A stretch of DNA of 64,000 nucleotides. It comes from Gemmatimonas sp. (GTDB lineage Bacteria; Gemmatimonadota; Gemmatimonadetes; Gemmatimonadales; Gemmatimonadaceae). Position numbers and translations under genes: made by a program. The notes beneath the pieces are model-generated. The model was not told the DNA's origin. It did not search any database and saw only the letters and a list, made by a program, of their open reading frames with translations. Location of the stretch: NCBI RefSeq assembly GCF_051059595.1, contig NZ_CP050872.1; one strand, 5' to 3'. Positions 1 through 8,751 of this stretch are shown here, piece after piece; position 1 is the stretch's first letter; every line of letters begins with the position of its first letter.

Positions 1-3000
1 CGCTGGCCGTGATTCCCGCTGCGGGACTCTCGGCCCAACAAAACGCGACCGTGACCGGTCGGGTCGCCACAAACGGGGCTCCCCTTGGCGGTGCGCAGGT
101 TGGCATCGTGGAGTTGGGCGTCGGAAGCGTGACGGATGCGCAGGGTCGTTTCACCTTCACAGTGGACCCGGCGCGCGCCGGAGGCAAGCAGGTCACAGTG
201 CTCGCCCGCACGATCGGGTATCGCCCCGTCAAGCACATCATCACGCTGACGGCCGGCCGGATCGAGCAGAATTTCAACCTCGAGAAGGATGTGCTGAATC
301 TCGAGGCCGTGGTGACCACCGGCGTGTCGGATGCGACGTCGCAGAAAAAGACCACCTTTTCGGTGGCTGCCGTCGATAACGCCCAGATCAAGGAAGCACC
401 GGCGTCGTCGCCGCTCGGGGCCCTCAGCGGCCGCGTGGCCGGCGCCAGCGTCACGGCCGTGAATGGTGAGCCGGGTTCGGCCCCCCGCATCCGGCTGCGT
501 GGCCCCACGTCACTGACCGGGTCGCAGGACCCGCTCATCATCGTGGACGGCACCATCTCCCGTATCTCGCTCGCCGACATCAATGCGCAGGACATCGAGC
601 GCATCGAAGTCATCAAGGGCGCGGCGGCCAGCTCGCTGTACGGCTCTGACGCCGCCAACGGCGTGGTGCAGATCTTCACCAAGCGTGGCGCTAACCTTGC
701 GACCGGATCCACGCAGATCACCGTGCGCAATGAGTTCGGCTCCAACGACCTGCGCAAGTCGATTCCGAACAACTTCTCGCACCCCTACAAGGTGGGCGCG
801 AACGGCGACTTCCTGCGTGATGCCAACGGTAATCGCATTCAGGAAGACGACCGCATTTCGGACAATTCCTACAAGCAGACGTTCGACCAGCTCGGAGACG
901 TGTTCCGCTCCGGGCAGTTCATGACCAACTACCTCTCGGTGGGTCAGCGCAACGCCAACTCGAACTTCAACGCCTCGTTCGAGAACTCCCGTGACCAGGG
1001 TATCGCGAACATTCTGAGCGGCTACAACCGCCAGAACTTCCGCCTGAACCTGGACATGGAACTGCACCCCAAGCTCGACTTCCAGACGGGCGCCTTCTAC
1101 GGCCAGTCCAAGGCCGACCAGGCTGACGACAGCTCGGGCGATGCCTGGTTTGGTCTTCGGTTCCTTGAGCCGAACATCGACCTCAACGGCATCAACCCGG
1201 ACAGCACGCCGTACACCGCCGCCATTCGTCAGTCGCCGGCGTCGGGCAACGTGAGCAACCCGTTGTACCGCTGGAATACCATCAAGAACTCGGCCGATCG
1301 TGCCCGCTTCACGGGGCTGATCAAGGTCCGGTACCGTCCCACCAATTGGCTGACGGCTGAGGCGAACAGCAACTTCGACCGTGGCTCGCGGACGTTCCGT
1401 TCGTTTGTGCCGCTGGGCTACATTGGCTCCACTGGTACGGTCGGCAAGGGGAGCATCTCCAACAATGAGACGCTTACCCGGGCCTACAACCTCGGCGGAA
1501 CGCTGACGGCCGTGAAGAGCACGTCGTGGTTTACCAACACCACGAAGCTGGCCTGGGTGTACGAAGACCAGCAGAACTCGCAGACCTCGGTCGCGGCCAC
1601 GGCCCTCACGGTGCCGCGCGTGACGGAGTTCTCGGCGGCCTCGCGTGATCCCGAGAACCCGGTGATTCCGGGCTCGTTCTCGCAGCCTATTCGCAATCAG
1701 AACTTCTTTGCCATTACGACGTTCGATATCAAGGACCGCTACATCGTTGACGGTCTGATCCGTCAGGACCAGTCGTCGCTCTTTGGCAACGACCAGCGCT
1801 CCAGGACGTTCAAGCGTCTGTCCGGCGCGTGGCGCGTGAGCGAAGACATCACGCTTCCGGGCGTAGATGAATTCAAGCTGCGGGCGTCGTACGGTGAAGC
1901 GGGGCTCCGTCCGGTGTTTGACGCGCAGTACGAGCAGTTCGCCATTCAGGGCGGCAGCCCGGTCAAGATCACCTTGGGCAATCCGAACCTTCGCCCGGCG
2001 TTCTCCCGCGAAATTGAAGGCGGTTTCAACCTCAATTTCCTGAAGAACTTCAGCTTTGAGTACAGCTATTCCAGCAAGATCACCGACGACCAGATTCTGA
2101 ACGTGCCGGTGTCGTCGGCGACTGGTTTCCGCAACCAGTGGATCAATGCCGGTTCGCTGGAAGGGAAGACGCATGAAGTGCTGCTGGGTGCCGTCCTGGC
2201 CTCCAAGAAGGACTTCCTGTGGCGTGTCAACGTGGCCGGTGACCGCACGCGCCAGAAGGTGCGCAGTCTGGCAGTGCCCCCGTTCCTCGTCGGGCCCGTA
2301 GGCAACACCACGATCTTCCGTCTCGCGCCGGGCCAGCCGTTCGGTATTGTGTACGGCAGCTCGTGGGTGCAGTCGGCATCGCAGGTCGAGTCGATGGTTG
2401 CCGCCAATCGTCTGAGCGGCACCGCCGCCGACTACGTGCTGAACGAAGAAGGCTACTACGTGTCCAAGTCGGCGTGGCGCACCATCAACGAGCGCCCCAT
2501 CAAGTTCCTTGATGCTGACGGCAACTCGCTGCGTCAGATTGCCGACGTGAACCCCGACTTCAACCTGAACTTCAATACCCAGCTCAACTGGAAGAAGTTT
2601 GCGGTTACGGCCGTGGTGAACTGGGTGCAGGGTGGCCAGATCTACAACTACACGCGTCAGTGGCCGTTCTTCGACCAGCGTGACCCGGCGTTCGACCAGC
2701 GTAGCAAGCCGGAAGTGGAGAGGAAGCCCACCACGTACTACGCCACGTTCTACAACAACTTCGACGCCAACTCGTACTTCGTGGAAGACGGTTCCTACGT
2801 GCGTTTGCGCGAACTGGCCGTGAACTACGAAATCCCGTCGGCGATCACCAAGCGCTTCGGTATGAGCGATGGCCGTACGGCACGCCTCGGCGTGGTTGGC
2901 CGCAACCTCTTTACCAGCACCAAGTACAGCGGCTACGATCCCGATGTGTCCGGCGGCGGCAGTAACCCGTTTGCGTACCGCGTGGACTACTTCACGTACC

Positions 3001-3044
3001 CGATCTTCAAGACGTTCACGTTCATGCTGGAGCTCGGTCTGTGA
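1..3044 (+). CDS. SusC/RagA family TonB-dependent outer membrane transporter (5' end probably outside window)
   Basis: N-terminal carboxypeptidase-regulatory-like domain; plug motifs IRLRGPTSLTGSQDPLIIVDG and DIERIEVIKGAAASSLYGSDAANGVVQIFTK; C-terminal VEDGSYVRLRELAV and YSGYDPDV. The frame is open to the window edge. Confidence 0.93.
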   Translation, partial: LAVIPAAGLSAQQNATVTGRVATNGAPLGGAQVGIVELGVGSVTDAQGRFTFTVDPARAGGKQVTVLARTIGYRPVKHIITLTAGRIEQNFNLEKDVLNLEAVVTTGVSDATSQKKTTFSVAAVDNAQIKEAPASSPLGALSGRVAGASVTAVNGEPGSAPRIRLRGPTSLTGSQDPLIIVDGTISRISLADINAQDIERIEVIKGAAASSLYGSDAANGVVQIFTKRGANLATGSTQITVRNEFGSNDLRKSIPNNFSHPYKVGANGDFLRDANGNRIQEDDRISDNSYKQTFDQLGDVFRSGQFMTNYLSVGQRNANSNFNASFENSRDQGIANILSGYNRQNFRLNLDMELHPKLDFQTGAFYGQSKADQADDSSGDAWFGLRFLEPNIDLNGINPDSTPYTAAIRQSPASGNVSNPLYRWNTIKNSADRARFTGLIKVRYRPTNWLTAEANSNFDRGSRTFRSFVPLGYIGSTGTVGKGSISNNETLTRAYNLGGTLTAVKSTSWFTNTTKLAWVYEDQQNSQTSVAATALTVPRVTEFSAASRDPENPVIPGSFSQPIRNQNFFAITTFDIKDRYIVDGLIRQDQSSLFGNDQRSRTFKRLSGAWRVSEDITLPGVDEFKLRASYGEAGLRPVFDAQYEQFAIQGGSPVKITLGNPNLRPAFSREIEGGFNLNFLKNFSFEYSYSSKITDDQILNVPVSSATGFRNQWINAGSLEGKTHEVLLGAVLASKKDFLWRVNVAGDRTRQKVRSLAVPPFLVGPVGNTTIFRLAPGQPFGIVYGSSWVQSASQVESMVAANRLSGTAADYVLNEEGYYVSKSAWRTINERPIKFLDADGNSLRQIADVNPDFNLNFNTQLNWKKFAVTAVVNWVQGGQIYNYTRQWPFFDQRDPAFDQRSKPEVERKPTTYYATFYNNFDANSYFVEDGSYVRLRELAVNYEIPSAITKRFGMSDGRTARLGVVGRNLFTSTKYSGYDPDVSGGGSNPFAYRVDYFTYPIFKTFTFMLELGL

Positions 3045-4653
3045 GCCCCCTCACTCCGATGTTTTCATTCAAGTGCCGCGGGGCCGTTGGCCTCGCGATG
3101 GGCGCCATTCTGCTCGCCGGGTGCAATTCGCTCGACGTGGCGAATCCGAACGCGCCGGACGCCAAGCGCGCCCTCTCCGATCCTGCGGCCATCGAAGCGG
3201 TGGCGGGCGGTACCCTGCGGTCCTGGTTCAATACCTGGGACGGCATGGAAGGCGGCGGGCCGCTCAACACCATGGCGCAGGCGTACTCGGCGTCATGGAA
3301 CAACTTACAACATGAACTTCTACAGTTCGATAGACTGGTGACGGCACGCGAAACTACGCGGGCCTACCAGAACGACCTGGCCTCGGCGGGTCGTTCCACC
3401 ATGATCGGCTACTGGGAAGGGTATTACTCCACGCTGTCGTCGGCCGTGGACGTCCTCACGGCGATCCGCAAGAACAATCTGGCTCATCAACAACGCCGCC
3501 AATACCAAACGTGCGGAAGCGGTGGCGCAATTGATGCACGGTGCCTGCGCTCATGGGCATCGCGCTCAACTATGACAAGGGGTACGTGATCGACGAAACG
3601 TCGGACCTGTCGTCGCTCGCGTACAAGACGCGCAAGGACGTACGGGACGCGGCTGTCGCGTCGCTTGAAAAGGCCGCCACTCTGGCCGCGGCCAATTACG
3701 TTCAACACGCCTTCAGGATGGACGAACGGCAGCAGCTATACCAACGTGCAAATCGCGCAGTTGGCCCGCACGATGGCGGCCATGACCCTCGCCTATTATC
3801 CGCGAACCGCAGCCGAAAACGACGCGGTGGATTGGGCCAAGGTCTCCGCATTTGCCGCCGGCGGTATCTCGTCGTCCGGCGCCGGTTTTGACTTCAACTT
3901 CACCGGCGACGGCTGCAACTCGTGGTGCCACTGAGATCCTGCTACTGGTTCAATGGGTTCGACGGCGGGCGCGTCAGCACCCGCGTTGCGGCCATCTTGG
4001 ACCCGGCCACGCAGCGGACACCTTATCCGAGCGGTGGCAATCCCCAGCCGAACTCGCCGGACAAACGGTTGGGCGACGGTTCCTTCGGTCCGGATGACGA
4101 GGACTTTGCCGGATACTTTGGCACCAATCCCAAGACGGCACGCGCCGGGACGGACTTCGTGTACTCGCGTGAAGAGATCTTCCGTCCGGATCGCGGCATG
4201 TATCACCAGTCCAACATCGGACACATTCGCTATGATCGGTCGGGCGAGCAGTCGCCCCAAGGGATCTATGGTGGATTCGGGTTGGCGCCGGTGATCACTC
4301 GCCACCAGAACGACCTGCTCTGGGCGGAGGCCGAGCTGCGGCGTTCGGGGGGCAACCTCGCGACGGCCGCGTCGCTCATCAACAAGACCCGCGTGGATCG
4401 TGGTGGCCTCTCGGCCGCTACGGCTGGCGAGGGCGCTCCGTCACTCATCACCAAGCTGATCTACGAGCAGGAAGTGGAGTTGCTCGGCTTGGGTCCGGCA
4501 CCGTACTACCAGCGCCGTCGCGTGGCCGGTGGCCTGTTGGCGGGAACGCCGCGGGAAATGCCGGTGCCGGCCAAGGAGCTTGGCGTGAAGGGCGACGCGT
4601 TCTACACCTTCGGTGGCTCGGGTAACCCGGCCAACAGCCCGACCCCGCCGTGA
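3041..4653 (+). CDS. RagB/SusD family lipoprotein, broken by about 8 apparent single-base insertions (sequencing error or recent pseudogene)
   Basis: Lipobox LAGC then NSLDVANPNAP; overlaps the susC stop codon; SusD-like C-terminal motif LLWAEAELR...YEQEVEL. The ORF-track pieces 3041-3589, 3087-3341, 3541-3891, 3665-3934 and 3922-4653 join into one protein if single bases are removed. Confidence 0.8.
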
Positions 4654-4696
4654 TCCTGTGGGGGCCGGCTGGAAACAGCTGCTGAACGCAAAACCG

Positions 4697-4728
4697 GAGG
4701 CCGGGCAATCGCCCGGCCTCTGTGTTTT
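4697..4728 (+). terminator. Rho-independent terminator after the susCD pair
   Basis: Perfect 10-bp stem GAGGCCGGGC-AATC-GCCCGGCCTC followed by TGTGTTTT. Confidence 0.75.
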
Positions 4729-4785
4729 CAGAGTCGGGAATGGCAGCTACTGACAATTGTGCCCGTCTGCATTTTCTTTGTGTGC

Positions 4786-5775
4786 ATGAGACGTTCTTGT
4801 GCATCGTGGGCCCTGTTCTTCTCGGGGGTGGCCTTACTGGGCTGTTCCCCCGACTCCAGACCGTCGGCCCGTGCCCCGCTGGTCGGTTCGCTGCGCTTGG
4901 GCGGCGCGCCAGCGGCGCTCGCGGTGATGCTCGATAGCAGTGGTCCGGTGCAATACGGGCGAGTAGCCGGTGACACGACCACGCGCATGGTGATCCGTCC
5001 CCTTGCAGACGCCGTGGCCGACTATCGCCTGTGCGGGGTCGTCGCGGGAGCCGCCCGAATTCCCCCCGCGCTGTTGGCGCGGTGGGCCGTGGATACCAAC
5101 GCGCCGGTCCTGGCCTGGCGCGCGCTGACCGCGCCTGATGTGCAAGGGGTCCGGTTCCTCCAGCCGGGACGCAACGCGTTCTACTACTTCGAAGGCATTA
5201 CGCGCGATGGTGGGCGTCGCGTGAGTGTCCGTTGGCCGGTCGCTGCGGATCCCAGCCGTCCCGTACCGGTTGGCGCCCCGGACTCACTCATTGACGCGCT
5301 GTTGCGTCCGTCGCCACGCGCGTTGGATTCTCTGGTCGGGGCATTGACGATCGGTGATTCGGCAGGGGTGTCGTTGCCCGACGCGGTGTCCGACAGCAGT
5401 GTGCGCCGTGAGCGCGCTGTTCTGCTGGTGCGTGACCTGCCGATATATGAGGTCACGCTGTCCCCAGCATGCCCCAGGGCAACGGTGGCCGTACCGGTCT
5501 TGGCACGCACCGACGTACTGCTGCGAGTCCCCACCAGTCCAGGGGATCTCATTACCGCACACGCGGACGTCACCGCGGGGACTGTACGCATTGGCTTTGA
5601 CGAAGCACTCCCGCCGGAAGAGTTACGGCAGCGCGCCTCCGTTCGCTCGGCGGTCATTGAAGCGGGCGCGGCGCCGCGGGTGACGTTGCGTGTCCGTGTG
5701 CAGGTGGTGCCGCGCGCGCAGGAGACACAGCAAATGGTCTACCTCACACTCCACAAGACGCGCCCGGCTCGCTGA
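4786..5775 (+). CDS. Uncharacterised lipoprotein, paralogue A
   Basis: Lipobox LLGC. Shares RLCGV, FEG.T.DGG.RVS.RWPV and LDSLV motifs with 5835-6400 and 7742-8738. Confidence 0.7.
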   Translation: MRRSCASWALFFSGVALLGCSPDSRPSARAPLVGSLRLGGAPAALAVMLDSSGPVQYGRVAGDTTTRMVIRPLADAVADYRLCGVVAGAARIPPALLARWAVDTNAPVLAWRALTAPDVQGVRFLQPGRNAFYYFEGITRDGGRRVSVRWPVAADPSRPVPVGAPDSLIDALLRPSPRALDSLVGALTIGDSAGVSLPDAVSDSSVRRERAVLLVRDLPIYEVTLSPACPRATVAVPVLARTDVLLRVPTSPGDLITAHADVTAGTVRIGFDEALPPEELRQRASVRSAVIEAGAAPRVTLRVRVQVVPRAQETQQMVYLTLHKTRPAR

Positions 5776-5834
5776 GCACCAGCATCGCGGTCGTCTTGGC
5801 GCGATTTCGTTGATCCTGACGTTCCGCAAACGTC

Positions 5835-6400
5835 TTGATGCACGACACGCAATTTCAGTGTCGTTTCTTCCGTCCAGTCGTGTGCGGCGCCCTCGGGCAG
5901 ATCCTGAACGCAGGGGGGCTCGCCTGTCGTGACGCGAAACCGGTCGCATCCGGTGTGGACATCCTGCAGCTGCAGGACGCGCCGTCCGCATTGCCACTTT
6001 CCCTTCAAACAGACCGTGGTATCCAGAGGGGTCGCGACGCCACCAATACGCTTCGGCGACAACGTACGGCCAAGCGCCTCCATGATGATGCAACATCTCG
6101 GCTCTGCGGTGTCCTGGTGGGGCGCAACCGCCAGAGTGAAGCACGGCCCTTCGCGTGGCCCGTCGATTCGCTGCTGCCGCAGCTGGCGCCAAGAATCATC
6201 GTGGGAACGGACGTGTATGGGCTGCGGGTCCTGATTCCCGGGACAGAGGCATCCTACCGGTTTGAAGGATTCACCATCGACGGCGGGACGCGGGTCAGTC
6301 TGCGTTGGCCCGTTCGCTCGGATCGCAGCGTCCCGGCCACGGCGTCCGATCCGGAAATCGAAGCCGTCATCCAGCCGTCGACGCCGTCGCTTTGGCTTCC
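5835..6400 (+). pseudogene. Truncated paralogue B of the same lipoprotein family
   Basis: High similarity to paralogue C (DDATSRLCGVLVGR...FAWPVDSLLP...RWPVRSDRSVPATASDPEIEA). Similarity ends near 6380 and the C-terminal domain present in A and C is missing. Confidence 0.55.
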
Positions 6401-6603
6401 TGACCTACGTGCAGGCAACACAATCCTTGCAGACGTGGCACGTGTGGACCGCGATCGTCATGGGTCACGCGACGCGGTGTGTGCTGAGCGTGTGGCGCTT
6501 CGAGCAAGGGAAGTGGCGCACGATCGATCTGGGCGTGAAGGGGAAATAGCCGGATCGCGCCGTGGAAGGAACGCGTTGCGTTGTGGCGCGTATCACCGCC
6601 AAC

Positions 6604-6909
6604 ATGCGCTCTGTCCCCTTCCTGCTGCTGCACCTGCGCCACGCCATCATGCTCTATGCCGCGGGTCGCCTGCTCTGCACGATGGCGATGGCATTCGCCA
6701 AAGGGCCGACGTGGGGGATCGAATATCTCGCGCTCATGCCCCTGCTTACGGCACTGCTGCTATACCTCGACCGGCGACGCACAGGAGCCCCTGATCTGTA
6801 TGCCAATCTGGGATACGGGTCGCGCGAGCTCCTGGGCATAGGCGCGGCAATCGCGCTGGTGGGCGAGCTGCTGGTTGTCGCCATCGTCATGACGGTGGCG
6901 GGACGTTGA
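6604..6909 (+). CDS. Small integral membrane protein (about 3 TM helices), probable partner of the adjacent ABC ATPase
   Basis: Hydrophobic segments around a D-RRR...LYANLG loop; 5 bp upstream of the ABC ATPase start. Confidence 0.6.
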   Translation: MRSVPFLLLHLRHAIMLYAAGRLLCTMAMAFAKGPTWGIEYLALMPLLTALLLYLDRRRTGAPDLYANLGYGSRELLGIGAAIALVGELLVVAIVMTVAGR

Positions 6910-6914
6910 GCGCA

Positions 6915-7614
6915 ATGGCGCTGTTGGAAGCGGATTGCGTCAGCAAGCACTATGGCGACCGCACCGTGCTCAATACGGCGTCGCTACGGGCACGCGCCGG
7001 GATGATCACGGCGCTCCTCGGCCGCAACGGGGCGGGGAAGAGCACGCTGTTGCGCTGTACCGTCGGCGAGATCGTCGCCGACCAAGGCAATATTCGTCTC
7101 GATGGGGCGACCGTCAGTACGGCCGCGGCTCGCGTGGCTTGCACGGCGCGGCGTCTGCTTCGTCCCCGACCGCGATCTCCTGCACCCCGCCGTGCCCATA
7201 GGGTCGCAATGCGCATGGGTCGCACGCGACTGCGGCACGGCAGCAGTCGTCGATACGCTGCTCAAGCAGTTCGGCATTTCGCGCTTGCGTGACGCGCGGC
7301 CGCGTTCTCTGTCCGGCGGCGAGCGTCGGCGCGCCGAGGTGGCGCTCGCGCTGCTCCTGGCCCCTCGCGTCTTGGTGCTCGACGAGCCGCTGCGTGGCAT
7401 AGCCCCGCTCGATGCCGAGGTCATTCTGGCCGCACTACGTCGGTTTGCCGAACAGGGTGGCGCCGTCCTTCTCACGGGACACGAACTACCGCTCTTCATG
7501 GCGTCGGTCGACGCGGTGACGTGGTGCCACGCCGGTCGTACGCGGGAGTTCGCCTCCGCGAGCGCGGCCATGCACGATTTCGCCTTCCGACGGGATTTCC
7601 TACCCGCCGGCTGA
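6915..7614 (+). CDS. ABC transporter ATP-binding protein (one frameshift near 7110)
   Basis: Walker A GRNGAGKST in 6906-7292; signature LSGGE, Walker B VLVLDEP and H-loop TGHE in the +1 frame 7102-7614. Confidence 0.85.
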
Positions 7615-7741
7615 CTGTCTGGTCGCGTGACATCCAGTGGGGCCACCGTCGCAATTGTGGACGGAGCGCAGCAGTTTTCCGTGATGTTGTCGTCGGTCCC
7701 GACGGCCTGGTTCACGGAAAGTCAGCATGGGTGGAGATCGT

Positions 7742-8738
7742 ATGCAGGGGCATGTGCCAGAGTCGCGACGACACCGCACGCCGAGGATTCGTCGTGCGGG
7801 TCTGTTGACCGCTGCTGCGGGGCTCGCTGCGGCGACGGCGTGTGCCGAGCCGTCGTCGACCTCCGGGGCGACGCCATTGACGCTCGTGGCAACGCCCGCG
7901 TCGACATCACTCACCCTGCGTGATGCCGCCAACGGTCAGGAGGGCGTAGCCTCGACGGACGGCGAGGTCCGCCTCCGCACAGCGCTTCGCGTTGATGACG
8001 ACGCGACTGCACGGCTGTGCGGCGTCCTGGTGGGACGCAGTCGACTCACCGAGCGACTGCCCTTTGCGTGGCCCGTCGACAGCATGCTGCCGCATCTCGC
8101 GCCCAAGATCCTTGCCGGTGGTGACGTGTATGGCGTGCGCTTGCTCGTACCCGGCGTGAATGCGGCATATCACTTCGAAGGCTTCACGACCGATGGCGGA
8201 ACACGGGTGAGCGTACGCTGGCCCGTCCGGTCGAGTGGTCCGGTGCCGGCCACGGCATCCGACCCGGAAATCGAAGCGGGACTCACGCCGGCACCGGCTA
8301 CCCTCGATTCGCTCGTCACGTCGTTGCGTTATCGCGATGCCGGGGAGCGCACCGCCTGGGCGTCGACCCGTGGCGCGAGCGACCGCATGCAGGCGAGCCG
8401 CGCGGTACGCCTCGTGCGCGACGTGCCGTTCTTTCCCATTGGCTTCTCGACGGCGTGTCGCGACGCCACCTTCCGTACCGACGTCAATGCCGGGACGGAA
8501 AAAGCCATCCGCGCTGCTGGTCGACAAGGGTGACCGCATCGCCGCGTCGGTGTCGCTGCCCGGCAGCGAAGCGTCCGTGAGGCTCGTCATGGCTGGTGAC
8601 GAGTCGAAGGTCGGCACGACGACGTCGCTGACCGCGCCTGACAGCGGCTTCGTGACACTCCTCGTTGGCTACACCGCGACCAGCGGTGCCCCGCCGCGCC
8701 AGAGTGTCCTGCTCCGCGTTACGTCGTCGGCGCATTGA
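7742..8738 (+). CDS. Uncharacterised lipoprotein, paralogue C (one frameshift near 8500 at an A5 run)
   Basis: Signal peptide ending AATAC; GGAG RBS. ORF 7727-8533 continues in frame 8235-8738 (LLVDKGDRIAASV...), which resembles the C-terminal domain of paralogue A. Confidence 0.65.
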
Positions 8739-8751
8739 TCGCGCGTCTCGT

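Noticed and set aside
510-2174. Many long antisense or alternate-frame ORFs (e.g. 510-2174, 8719-10086, 12022-13527, 29746-32454, 49758-51446, 53851-55593)
   Set aside because: Shadow ORFs expected at high GC opposite real genes; Arg/Ala/Gly-rich with no family motifs.
3300-3950. Programmed frameshifting or phase variation in susD
   Set aside because: About eight events with no slippery heptamers or long homopolymers; sequencing error is more parsimonious.
6385-7614. RiPP gene cluster (peptide plus ABC exporter)
   Set aside because: No modifying enzyme (radical SAM, LanM, YcaO, lasso cyclase) or peptidase-containing transporter is nearby.
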